Source: Octopus sinensis (Eukaryota). Taken from it: a stretch of DNA of 64,000 bases. The position numbers and the translations under genes are program-made. The stretch lies in NCBI RefSeq assembly GCF_006345805.1, contig NC_043011.1, positions 55,316,464 to 55,380,463 of the forward strand, read 5' to 3'. The notes below the pieces were generated by a model, which was not told the DNA's origin, made no database searches, and was given only the letters and a program-made list of their open reading frames with translations. The stretch's first letter is position 1, and each line of letters opens with the position of its first letter. Below, piece after piece: positions 25,085-36,464 of the stretch.

Positions 25085-25360
25085 ATGTATGTATGTATGT
25101 GTGTATGTATGTATGTGTGTGTATGTATGTATGTATGTATGTATGTATGTATGTATGTATGTATGTATGTATGTATGTATGTATGTATGTATGTATGTGT
25201 GTATGTATGTATTTATGTATGTATGTATGTATGTATGTATGTATGTATGTATTTATGTATGTATGTATGTATGTATGTATGTGCGTATGTATGTATGTGT
25301 GTACATGTATGTGCGCATGCATGTGTGCATGCCTATACGCATGTATGTATGTACTTATGT
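24918..25360. repeat. (TATG)n/(TG)n microsatellite
   Basis: Direct inspection. Confidence 0.95.
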
Positions 25361-26239
25361 AAAATAAGAGATGTCTTCCATTGAAATGTTTAAAGAGATG
25401 CTGCTTGTTTGAACCAAAAAGATCAGAGAATGAGAACCGTAAAACCAAATCAAGTCTTTTATTTCCTTTTCAATGCTACATAGCAACAAGTTTGCAAAAA
25501 TAGACATCTGGTCAATTTTTGAAAAAAAGGATTCCCACCATTAGTATTGTCTAAATTGATAGTGCTGACTTCATCAAGAATTTCATCAATGGATCAACAG
25601 AAAACTGTAAGACCAAGGAAACTCTTTTTTATTTTATTATCATAACCATGTAGAAATACACTGGCTTGGTGTCAATTAATTCCAAATATAACAAAGAATT
25701 TATTGCCAAAATAACTTACAATAATCAGATGATGTCAAGACAACATATATACACATGTTTGTGTGTGTATATATATATATATTATATATATATATACACA
25801 CACACATAGAGTTGACTGGTGATACAGTATGGCCAGATTTTCAATATCCAATAAATCTTTATACATTTATACAGTTAGCAAATTTTACAAATACACTTTC
25901 TCAGGGAGATATGATATACCTATTATAATGGGTAATACTACATGTACTTTTCATATTTTTTATAGTATGATGTAACTCTTTGGAATAACAATGTTTGCGG
26001 CTGAAGAGAGCTTTAAACCATCTTTTATATCAATTATACACTGATGTAAGAATGGATTATTTATAAAGCTTGAAACACGTGTACCACGATATCCTTTGTG
26101 ATCTGTTTTTAATTTTATTTGATATATTCTCTTTCACCTCTGCCACTATCTGGCATATACAGGTGCTTACACTTATCAAGTATTCACCCTAAATTTACAG
26201 TACCTACTTGATCTACATACATCTGTGTGTGTGTGCTGA

Positions 26240-26572
26240 GACCCCGTTCAGTTGTGACTGACCATGGGATTGCACCTAGAAAGTTACCCCACCCCAGGCA
26301 CAAGTCCGGGCAAGGTTATTTATGGAAGACCAGCAGTTGCCCATGGATACCAGCCTACCTTCTCCACGCCACCAGTGTAATCCAAGGGAAAGGCAAAGGC
26401 CGATACAGCTTGGCACCAGTGACGTCGCGGCTCATTTCTACAGCTGAGTGAACTGGAGCAACGTGAAATAAAGTGTCTTGCTCAAGAACACAACACACAG
26501 CCCGGTCCAGGATTCGAACTCACAACCTCACGATCATAAGCTTGATGCTCTAACCACTGAGCCATGCGCCTT
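26240..26572 (-). mobile_element. SINE family D, full length
   Basis: Reverse complement of 8274-8603. Confidence 0.85.
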
Positions 26573-26754
26573 CGTAAACACACACACACACATACATATT
26601 TAGAAGAAAAAAAGGGATTAAAAGATCCTGGTAGATATCAATAAAGCATTCAGTATTAATAGAAGTTGGTTAACAATATCCAACAGACACCAGTAAATCT
26701 AAGTAGACTACATATCCAAGGCAAATCCTCATGCATGACAGGTAAATCCAAATA

Positions 26755-28762
26755 ATTCTGAAGTTAATATGCTTTTTATTTCCTCAAATGCCTTCTGGCA
26801 TTTTCCTGACCAAAACCATTTGGCATCCTTTTTCTAGCAGCTCATTTAGTGGAGCCCTTGTATTGTGTATGTTCGGGATATATACTTGATAGTACTTTAC
26901 CAAGCCTAAAAATGCTTGTAACAATTTGACATTCGTTGGGGGAGGCATATTTCGTATTACTGTCGCCCTTCATGGGTCGGACCTTCGTCCCCTTTAATCA
27001 ATTACTTGACCCAAATATTTGATTTTTTCATTAAAAATTCACACTTTTCCTCTGTTAGTCTAAACCCGTATTCAGTCATTTTTTCAAATACTTTTTTTAA
27101 TATGTTCAAAGTGTTGCTCCACTGACTCGCTCTCTATCAAAATATCAATAGAAACAAAGTCGCATTCATTCAACATTGCATCCATCACTTATTGGAATAT
27201 GGCAGGTGCCACTTTTACTGCAATCCTCGCTTTTGTTTTAGTGAAACTGCCTAATCCTTCCAAAAAAACATTTGGAATTTCTTAATTTTTTTTTCTCAGT
27301 TGTTCTACTTCGTTCGAACTTTTAACCGTGCTAACTTCACAGAGAATACTAATGGGGGTGTCCCACATTTTAAATAACTCCATACATTCTGTGCCAAATA
27401 GGTTTAGTGATTTTTTTCAACACATAAATGATTGTCCTTTTCATTTTACCTTGAAAAATTACATTTCAAATACATTCACCGATGGAATATAATTTCTTTC
27501 CTGTAACACCACATGCTAATTTATTTAATTTAAATTAATTTCTCACTACTTCTGTCTAATTGTATTTTGACACTAGTGGTTTCAATTCTCACCTTGATGA
27601 ATTTTCTGTTCATTGTACAAACTTTTTTCTCTGATGACAAACCATTTATTTTTTCTCATTTGGTCCAACTTTTGTCATCTTAGTTCTGCAGTGTGATTTA
27701 TGTGTTCTGTGTTCCCACAATCGAAACACTTTGCTTTCTTGAACAGACACTCTTTCCTCACGTGCCTACCACCACATGCCATACATAGGTTTATCTCCTG
27801 ATATATATATATATATTGTACTTTTTGTGAAACGCTTTATCTGTCTTCCGACTTTTTCATGCTATTCGAGTATGATCGTTACCAGCACCACCTTACTGGC
27901 ACTTATGCCTGTGCTAGTAGGGTGCCAAGAGCACCGTCTGAGCGTGATCGTTGCCAGAGCAGCCAACTGGCTTCCGTGCCCGTGGCACGTAGAAGGGCAC
28001 CATTCGAGCGTGATCGTTACCAACGTCACTTTACTGGCACCTGTGCTGGTGGCATGTGTAAAAAGATTCGAGCGAGGTCGTTGCCAGTACCGCCTGACTG
28101 GCCCCTGTACTGGTGGCACGTAAAAAGCACCCACTACACTCTCGGAGTGGTTGGCGTTAGGAAGGGCATCCAGCTGTAGAAACTCTGCCAGATCAAGATT
28201 GGAGCCTGGTGCAGCCATCTGGTTTGCCAGCCCTCAGTCAAAATCCTCCAACCCATGCCAGCATGGAAAGCGGACATTAAACGATCATGATGATGATGAT
28301 AATGTTCACTCTACCCGCATATGTGTGGTTAAGTCATCGTCATCACTCTTCTAAGCGTTCAAACACTTCCGTGTGTTGAACAACAATGTTTTGTCACTAA
28401 ACATCCTACATAAAATGTCAACTGTGTCCGTGATATTTATGTCAGAAACTTTTCTAGGCAATATAAAGTTACAATATTTTTCATGCTCTATCATCGACAG
28501 TTTCCTCAGAATTAGACGTGTTTTCATTTCATTTGTCCAGTTTTGGCATTCTTTTTTGAAAATTTGTTCAAATTTTCGATAACATGTCTTGAAAGTGATT
28601 CTTTCTTCTGGGTCATATTTGAATTCATTTACTGAATTTGCTACAGGGTCTGGCAAAAATATATTTTCCGGTTTTGTTACCAACTTCATTAGTTGTAGCA
28701 TTTGTTGCTGTAACTCTTGTTGTTGTTGCTGTTGCAGTTGAGCGAAGCGGTCTTCATCCCAG
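26755..28762 (-). mobile_element. Decayed Ty3/Gypsy LTR-retrotransposon internal region (gag, zinc knuckle, protease, partial RT), interrupted by an RTE 3' UTR insertion
   Basis: Minus frames: gag NSVNEFKYDPEERITFKTCYRKFEQIF...LILRKL; CGGRHVRKECLFKKAKCFDCGNTEH; GVTGKKLYSIGEC; VAPAIFQ*VMDAMLNECDF..DILI; KYLGQVID; NMPPPTNVKLLQAFLGLVKYY. No LTRs seen. Confidence 0.85.
27866..28304 (+). mobile_element. RTE 3' UTR fragment (family A) inside the Gypsy gag
   Basis: Modular repeats plus the terminal (GAT)n. Confidence 0.8.
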
Positions 28763-28764
28763 AG

Positions 28765-28957
28765 CTCACAAGATCGCGCCTGTGTAGTGGGAGAAGTCTG
28801 AAACGTGGTCCTTTGCTATTTGTAAGACCCACAGAAGAGAAAGCAGGTCAACCCCCGACACCGAGAGCATCAACGGATGGATGAATGCGCATCCAGGCTC
28901 AGCGGTTGCGTAGGAAGTCGGGGACAAGAAACAGGAAGAAAGAGTGAGAGAAAGTTG
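28765..28957 (-). mobile_element. Headless SINE fragment sharing the E/F central motif CAACTTTCTCTCACTCTTTC but with a third tail
   Basis: Motif shared with 16650-16670 and 18270-18290; downstream sequence differs from both. Confidence 0.55.
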
Positions 28958-29714
28958 CCGGGTCATAGTGTTAGTAACCTTTCAAGGCAATTAGGCCATT
29001 GTAGGACATTATTAGGACAACAGTACAACCTTAACCCTAACCCTTGTTTGGATCATAGCTGTTTAGGATTTTCATAAGAAGTAAAGACAAGAGGGTATGA
29101 GACAATTTAGTTATCGGGTGCATGGCTGAGAAAATACCAGGTTAAGATTCTAAATAATCAGATGATTACTAAAGGAAAATGAAACAAAAGACAGTTGCTT
29201 AATAAAAGTATTGAATAATGTCATGTTATTGTGTAGAGATGGGGGGGAGGAGAAAGCTAACATTTTGGGAAGGAGGGCCTTCCATGAAAGAAAAATGAAA
29301 GAGGGCCCTAAAAAAGGTATTTTGATACAAAATAATAAAACAAAAGAGAAAAGCAAGGGAACCAAACAAGGAGAAGAATAGGTTGAGAGTAGGAGAATGA
29401 TATTCAAAGTGAGAAGGAAATAAGTAGGATGGGGGGAAAACAAAAATGTTAAGGAAGGAGACAACATGGTCATAAGAGCAGCAGACCCTCACCCTACTCT
29501 ATCCAAAGCCACCTAGTGGCCCTCTCTACAGATTCAGAAAACAGCATTTATTGCTCTCCTCTTTGCTGCACCTGTAACTCCAAGCCCAGTCGGAGCCTTA
29601 TAGAATGAATGCCCTACAAAACCTCAGCAGCCCCCTTCAATAGCCTCAGAACATTCTTGTCAGTCTTGGTTTCTGCATTGCTCTACCGGTTCCTATCAAA
29701 TCGTATTTAAAAGA

Positions 29715-29943
29715 GTGAGGTCGTTGCCAGTGCCGCCTGACTGGCCCCGTGCCGGTGGACGTAAAAGCACCCACTACACTCTTGGAGTTGTTGGCGTTAG
29801 GAAGGGCATCCAGCTGTAGAAACTCTGCTAGATCAAGATTGGAGCCTGGTGCGGCCGTCTAGTTTGCCAGCCCTCAGTCAAAATCGTCCAACCCATGCTA
29901 GCATGGAAAGTGGACGTTAAACGATGATGATGATGATGATGAT
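29715..29943 (+). mobile_element. RTE 3' UTR fragment (family A)
   Basis: Collinear with 28075-28304. Confidence 0.8.
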
Positions 29944-31020
29944 TGTTGGTTTCTATTGTTAGTTTTTATTGATGTTGGGTTCTTTTACAACAGACGGACA
30001 AGAAAAGACTTAAAAACAAAAAGCTGATCTAACACCAACTTTGGAAATGGCTGAGTAAAAGTAACAATATTTTTGTAATTAATGATGTTACAAAAGTTTT
30101 AGAATAATGAGATTAGTAGACTATGCTGGGGTCCCACTGGAAAAGCTTACAGATCATAAATGTAACAGGATTTCCAGTATATAAGATTTCTAGTAAGAAA
30201 GCCTTCGAAAGAAAAGGAGTTTGACATAATTTTAAGAGTTTTATGTAATAATCCAGAGCTGCCCTTCTACAATCGTTTTTCCCCCCAAAGTAATTAAAGA
30301 CCATTGAAAAGAAACAATCTAGTTTTACTAGTCAGGTGGCTTCGTATAAGTAAGAGAAGAAGGTAAAGGAGATTATAAGTGAAAATAATAAATATTGTGA
30401 AACAGCAGCTGTGAGGGAAGGGGACCTACAGGCGACAGTGTTCATAGACACCATTGAGTGACCTTGAAAGCTGAATGTAAGATGAGAATATAACGAGGAG
30501 AAAATAATAGCAAAGAAGAGAAACAAAAATGAAACGAGAGATTGAAAGACTGAGGAAGATGGCATACTTAAGTGAAATATTCCAAATACCTTCAGTACAG
30601 GGATGGCACTTTTGACAAGCAATACATTTTATAAGTAAAAGGATTGATTACTGCATGGTTTTTTAGATGTGAACATTTTTAAAGATAGATTTTTTATAAA
30701 GTTAATAACACATGAAAACGATGATGGATCCTCAACTAACACCTGACTATTCTTTAAATCAATGTCTTCTAAATTAAGTGAAGGAATAATTGGCTGTAAC
30801 TAGCTTCACATAATTCTCGTGTTGAATCAGTACAGCACATTTTATCTGATGAAACACAATCATTCGATGTCCGTTTTCCACGCTGGCATAGGGTGGATGG
30901 TTTGGCAGGATCTGATGGACATCAAAATCCAAATGTGTACTTTGGCATGGTTTCTATGGTTGGATGCCCTTCCTAATGCCAACCACTTTACAAGTGAGTG
31001 TGTGTGTGTGAGTGCACTAT

Positions 31021-31255
31021 ATATATATAGTTAATCCAAACATGAAAACACAAAGAGAAAACACAACGCGAGGACGTGGAACAAGTATAGTATTATTGGA
31101 CACTCAAGAAAGGAAAGAAAGGAGGAGGATTTAACATTTCAAGTGGAGCTCTTCATTAGAAACATAAGAAAAGAAAAAATCCAAGGAAGGGAAGACGGAA
31201 GAAAAAATTGCCAATGGTACGCACACGGTCACATTTTGAATGACCGGAAGGGAAT
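31021..31255 (-). mobile_element. Family G hammerhead-bearing repeat, degenerate copy ending in (TA)n
   Basis: Reverse complement of 35108-35330; core mutated to CTAATGAAGAGCTCCACTTGAAATGTT. Confidence 0.7.
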
Positions 31256-31474
31256 GGGTATACACACATATATTAACTTTTACAAGGAATAAGTTGACAG
31301 TGACTTCAAAGCTTGCTCACCTTCATCAGATTATCTCAGGCAAACCACAACTTCAAGGTCACAGTCAATCTTTTTGCTCATAAAAGTTAATAAATATGTT
31401 CTCTTCAAAGTTCTTCAGCTTAGTATTCACCTGCTTTTATATATGATTTGACATAAAAATAAACATCAGGCATA

Positions 31475-31613
31475 GGCGTGGCTGTGTGGTAAGTAGCTTG
31501 CTTACCAGCCACATGGTTCCGGGCTCAGTCCCACTGCGTGGCACCTTGGGCAAGTGTCTTCTACCAAAGCCTTGTGAGTGGATTTGGTAGACGGAAACTG
31601 AAAGAAGACCATC

Positions 31614-31647
<34 letters not shown>

Positions 31648-31880
31648 GTGTGTGTATGTGTTTGTGTGTATGTTTGTGTGTCTGTGTTTGTCCCCCCAAC
31701 ATCGCTTGACAACCGATGCTGGTGTGTTTACATCCCCATAACTTAGCAGTTCAGCAAAAGAGACCAATAGAATAAGTACTAGGCTTACAAAGAATAAGTC
31801 CTGAGGTCTATTTGCTCGACTAAAGGCAGTGCTCCAGCAATGCCACAGTAAAATGACTGAAACAAGTAAAAGAGTAAAAG
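31475..31880 (+). mobile_element. SINE family C with a small internal deletion
   Basis: Collinear with the other C copies. Confidence 0.85.
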
Positions 31881-32784
31881 AGATTAATACATTCACACAC
31901 ACACTCTTATGTATATGTGTGCATGTACATGTGTATGTGAGTGTATGCGTATGTGTCTTTGCAGTGACATTTGGTTGTGTCCCATATGAAGAACAGATCC
32001 TGCTTTTGGGTGGTCCTAAGCAGCAAAGACAAATGGAATAAAGTACTTAACTTGAAAATAAATAAGGATTGGTGTCAAGAAGGGTACAGAACACTGCCGA
32101 TGAGTTGAGGAAATTGGCTGCTATTTCTGGCATGTTGATTGACCTTGTAGGAGCTTGTCAACCAACAAGATGGTACATTTTGTCAACCAAGCAGAACATA
32201 GCTGTTAATTAGTTGTCCTATGATAAGCAATAAGAAGAAACAAATTGATACTCAGGAGGTTACAAGACAAACTACTTAATTAAACACAATGAATCACCAA
32301 GATCGTTAAGACAATAAGATTAACCTCGTAAAACATTTACAAGAAAGAAAGAATGAATTTAATCTTTAGAAGCACTTGGTAATGAAAACATTCATTAATG
32401 AATATTAGCCATTGGTCACGCACCCATTTGATCCAATCAATGCCTGGCTCGTTAAATCAACATGTACAGACACATGCTTGCACACACACAAAGAAAATTT
32501 GCTTTGGATTTTTCAATTGACCAATGTGGCTTCCCAGTAAATCCGTTTGGACTGAAGCTTTAATATCTTTCTGTTGTGTATTCAGGGACAAAACAACAGA
32601 TTTAATATCCTCCAACACCCCCACCCCAACACACACAATTGTAGTTTAATAGTAAAGTCACTAATCCATGCAAGATAACGGGCAAGAGATTAGTCGACAG
32701 GTTTATAATTCAGGGATTTTAATCTTATCAAGGTCAATGTGAGTTAAACAGGGAACCCCCTAAATGGTTTGTTTTTTTAAGACA

Positions 32785-33020
32785 GGTACTCACCTATCAG
32801 TCTCGTAGCAAGACCATTAAGTTATGGGGACATAAACAAACCAATTCAGGTTGTCAAACACACACACACACAGAAGGTAGACTTACACACAGTTTCCATA
32901 TACCAGATTCATTCATAAGGTATTGATCGACCCAGGGTCAGCTGCTCAAAGTGCTGCACTATGGGACTGAACCTAAAACCATGAGGTTGCCAAGTGAGCT
33001 TCTTAACCCACTCGGCCAAA
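32785..33020 (-). mobile_element. Degenerate SINE family C
   Basis: GGGGACATAAACAAACC, CAGTTTCC...CCAGATTC, GGGACTGAACC. Confidence 0.6.
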
Positions 33021-33590
33021 CTTGCACCTAATATAAATGGAAACCAACTTTACGAATGAGATGTTTTAATGAAGAAACAACTTTCACTTGTAACTGTGCA
33101 TCCGAGAAAGAACTGAGAAACAAAACATTTTGGTGAGTCGGATGACTCTGGTGGTTTGTTGGGAGAGGAGAGGAACCACGGAAGACTCTCAGAAACTTAG
33201 TCGAGTACAAACTTAAGAGAGCAAGTTTACAATCTTCTAATCTTAACAAGGTTGATACAAGCCAAAGAGGGGGGGGCCTAAATGGTTGCCTGACCAGCTA
33301 AAAATAGCAGCCAAATCTCCCTCATATTGCATTCTATTGTCATAAAAATAACAGAGAGGACGTAGTTTTGAGTGTAGAGGAGATTAAGGGCTAACTCTAT
33401 ACACGAAACTTTTGAATGCCCAAGCTGGAGCCAAGCTCGGAACATTTTCTATGTTAATAGATAGAAATGGCAACTGAAGCCTTCTATCCCACCACCCTCA
33501 CCAGTTCTGTAATTCTTCATTGATATCAAATAATATACAAGCGCTAATCATCTCCACATCTAACATTGTCAATTTTATACTCAAAGTGTA

Positions 33591-33822
33591 AGGTGGTGAG
33601 CTGGCAGAACCGTTATCACGCCGGGCGAAATGCGTAGCTGTATTTCGTCTGCCGTTACGTTCTGAGTTCAAATTCCACCGAGGTCGACTTTGCCTTTCAT
33701 CATTTCGGGGTCGATAAATTAAGTACCAGTTACGCACTGGGGTCGATGCAGTCGACTTAATCCCTTTGTCTGTCCTTGTTTGACCCCTCTATGTTTAGCC
33801 CCTTGTGAGCAATTAAGAAATA
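33591..33822 (+). mobile_element. SINE family B, full length
   Basis: Collinear with 62955-63185. Confidence 0.85.
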
Positions 33823-34800
33823 TATACTCAAAGTCATTAAATTTTGCTCCCTAACGAAGGCACTAATGGATCAGTTCAGTTTATTAGGATCAGTTCAGTT
33901 TATAATGACTTGGACCCATGATGAAAACAGAAATGTTCCCAAGAAAAACTACAAAACTGGACAGGATATGTTGTAATGACGTAAGCATAAGGAGTATGTG
34001 TGTGTGTGTGTGTGTGTAAGAGAGAGGGAATGGAAGAAGAGAGAGAGAGAGAGAGAGAGAGTGTGTGTGTGTGTATGTTGTGTTCTGTGTGTGCATGCAT
34101 CTGTGTCTCTCTGTCTGTCTATGTGTGTGTGTTTGTGTCTCCCTGTATATATTTAAGCAGCAGTCGACCACGAAAAACCCTTTTCTCTCTCTCTCTCTCA
34201 TTACTTCGACATCACTATGGGGTAACTAAACTCATGGGAATTACTTATCGTTTAGATTTCACACCGATGCTTTGCTATTTTTTTTAAACTAAATCAGTCT
34301 TTCCTTTCATCTTTTGTGCTACCCCATACACGTCTTTTTTTTTTTTTATGACACCAACAGACTATTTCACATGTATTGTAGGATAAACTAAATGCCCTCT
34401 TCTCTCTATATCTACCACGACGATGTATGTGGAGCAAGTGTGCAGAGAAATGTACACGGTGGAAAGTATAGATTCAGCAATAATTAAAAAACACTGTGCC
34501 CAAAGACAAGTTAAGAGAAAATAATGAAAGTGTGAGAAAATTGAAATGAGAAAAGTGTAAAAGGTGAATAATTAAAAAGACAAACGAGTAAATATTTTAG
34601 AGAAGAGAAAAGACAATGTAAAAAAGGGCGTTCTTAATGAGATCGAGGACACAAGAGAAAATGTGTATATATATATATATATACACACGCAAACACACAT
34701 AAACACGTGTGTTTGCGCGCGCGAGAACAAAGACGAAAAGTAGAACTCAATACATAAAAGTAAATGTGTATTTCTTTTAAACTTTACAGCCAAGGAATAG

Positions 34801-34846
<46 letters not shown>

Positions 34847-34854
34847 TTTTAATT

Positions 34855-34909
34855 TTATAGAAGGAGCTTCTATTTACTGTGGTTTACCCCGACTCAACCC
34901 GGGACCTAC

Positions 34910-34910
<1 letters not shown>
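34855..34910. mobile_element. Internally deleted relative of the 40598-40800 element
   Basis: TATAGAAGGAGCTTCTA is joined directly to TTTACTGTGGTTTACCCCGACTCAACCCGGGACCTACAT(AT)n; both parts occur in 40600-40800. Confidence 0.75.
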
Positions 34911-34943
<33 letters not shown>

Positions 34944-35107
34944 GTACACATACATATATACACATATATATACACATATATATACACATATATATATATA
35001 CATATATATATACATATATATATACACATATATATACATATATATATATATGCATATATATATATACATATATAACAATATATGCATATATATGTGTGTG
35101 TGTGTGT

Positions 35108-35330
35108 GTGACCGCGTGTGTACCGTTGGCGATTTTTTTTCCTCCGTCTTCCCTTCCTTGGATCTTTCCTTTTTGCTATGTTTCTGACGAAGAGCTCCGC
35201 TCGAAACGTTAAATCCTCCTTCTTTCTCTCCTTTCCTGAGCATCCAATAACACTATACTTGTTCCACATCCTCGCATTGTTGTGTTTTCTCTTTGTTCAT
35301 GTTTGTATTAACTATATATATATATATATA
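35108..35330 (+). mobile_element. Family G: ~225-bp Penelope-like/retrozyme-like repeat with a minimal hammerhead and (TA)n tail
   Basis: Second copy at 31021-31255; hammerhead motif at 35180-35214. Confidence 0.7.
35180..35214 (+). ncRNA. Putative minimal type I hammerhead ribozyme
   Basis: GTTT-CTGACGA-A-GAGC(TCC)GCTC-GAAA-CGT-T-AAAT: conserved core with one extra A, 4-bp stem II, palindromic ACGT stem III and a short stem I. Confidence 0.6.
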
Positions 35331-35359
35331 CGAGAAAGAAGCAACAAGAATGGATAGGT

Positions 35360-35450
35360 TTTTAGTACAATCGTTTCATACAAGGACAGGCTTTATTAAA
35401 AGTTGCAAAAATTACAGCATATAAACGTGTCCCGTACTCATCAGCTAAAA
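35360..35450 (-). ncRNA. Putative type I hammerhead ribozyme (mirror copy)
   Basis: Reverse complement of 36374-36464. Confidence 0.7.
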
Positions 35451-36373
35451 TACATGTGAGTTCTCTAGACATCCTAGTGGTTGAGGCTATACTCATGAAG
35501 TAATGTAGATAATTAAGTAACATAAACAGATTTCCAAAGTTCATTAAAGTTCTTTAAAGATGATGTACAGTCTTATCACAGAATTTTAAAAAAGTTTCAA
35601 TAGCATCACAGAGAAGGTGACCTAATCCATAGTGCACATATGAATTTCCAGAGATATGATGAGGGATTACATACTCACAGAAGACAAATTTATCCATTGT
35701 TAATCACAACGAGGTGGGTCTCAATTCCTGCTTATTAGCATTACAGAGAGGGTGAATTAATCCTTTGTATAGATGCACAATTTCCAATGGTGTAGATGTA
35801 AATTTCCAGAGAAATGAAGAGGAATTTCATATTCATAGGCGATAAATTTATCAATGGTTGAACACAATGAGGTAGGTATCAATTCTTGTTATATGATTAG
35901 GTATTTGCCAATGTGGCAAATACCTAATCATATAACAAGAATTGATACCTACCTCATTGTGTTCAACCATTGATAAATTTATCGCCTGTGAATATGAAAT
36001 TCCTCTTCATTTCTCTGGAAATTTACATCTACACCATTGGAAATTGTGCATCTATACAAAGGATTAATTCACCCTCTCTGTAATGCTAATAAGCAGGAAT
36101 TGAGACCCACCTCGTTGTGATTAACAATGGATAAATTTGTCTTCTGTGAGTATGTAATCCCTCATCATATCTCTGGAAATTCATATGTGCACTATGGATT
36201 AGGTCACCTTCTCTGTGATGCTATTGAAACTTTTTTAAAATTCTGTGATAAGACTGTACATCATCTTTAAAGAACTTTAATGAACTTTGGAAATCTGTTT
36301 ATGTTACTTAATTATCTACATTACTTCATGAGTATAGCCTCAACCACTAGGATGTCTAGAGAACTCACATGTA

Positions 36374-36464
36374 TTTTAGCTGATGAGTACGGGACACGTT
36401 TATATGCTGTAATTTTTGCAACTTTTAATAAAGCCTGTCCTTGTATGAAACGATTGTACTAAAA
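36374..36464 (+). ncRNA. Putative type I hammerhead ribozyme
   Basis: Stem I TTTTAG/CTAAAA; core CTGATGA (36380-36386); long stem II GTACGGGACA...TGTCCTTGTAT; GAAA (36447-36450); self-complementary stem III ACGATTGT; GUA cleavage site at 36458. Confidence 0.7.

Noticed and set aside
29090-29700. Possible very old LINE endonuclease remnant on the minus strand
   Set aside because: Only vague similarity and no convincing conserved motif.
32788-32800. Perfect AG|GTGAGT donor on the minus strand
   Set aside because: Lies within a degenerate SINE C body; no independent exon evidence.
34140-34230. TATATATTTAAG plus ATGGG|GTAACT as a plus-strand first exon
   Set aside because: Weak donor, TATA is part of TA-rich sequence, and there is no supporting downstream exon.
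35362-36462. Identical 60-aa ORFs on opposite strands
   Set aside because: A consequence of the palindrome; TTG start, no recognisable domain, and it overlaps the ribozyme motif.
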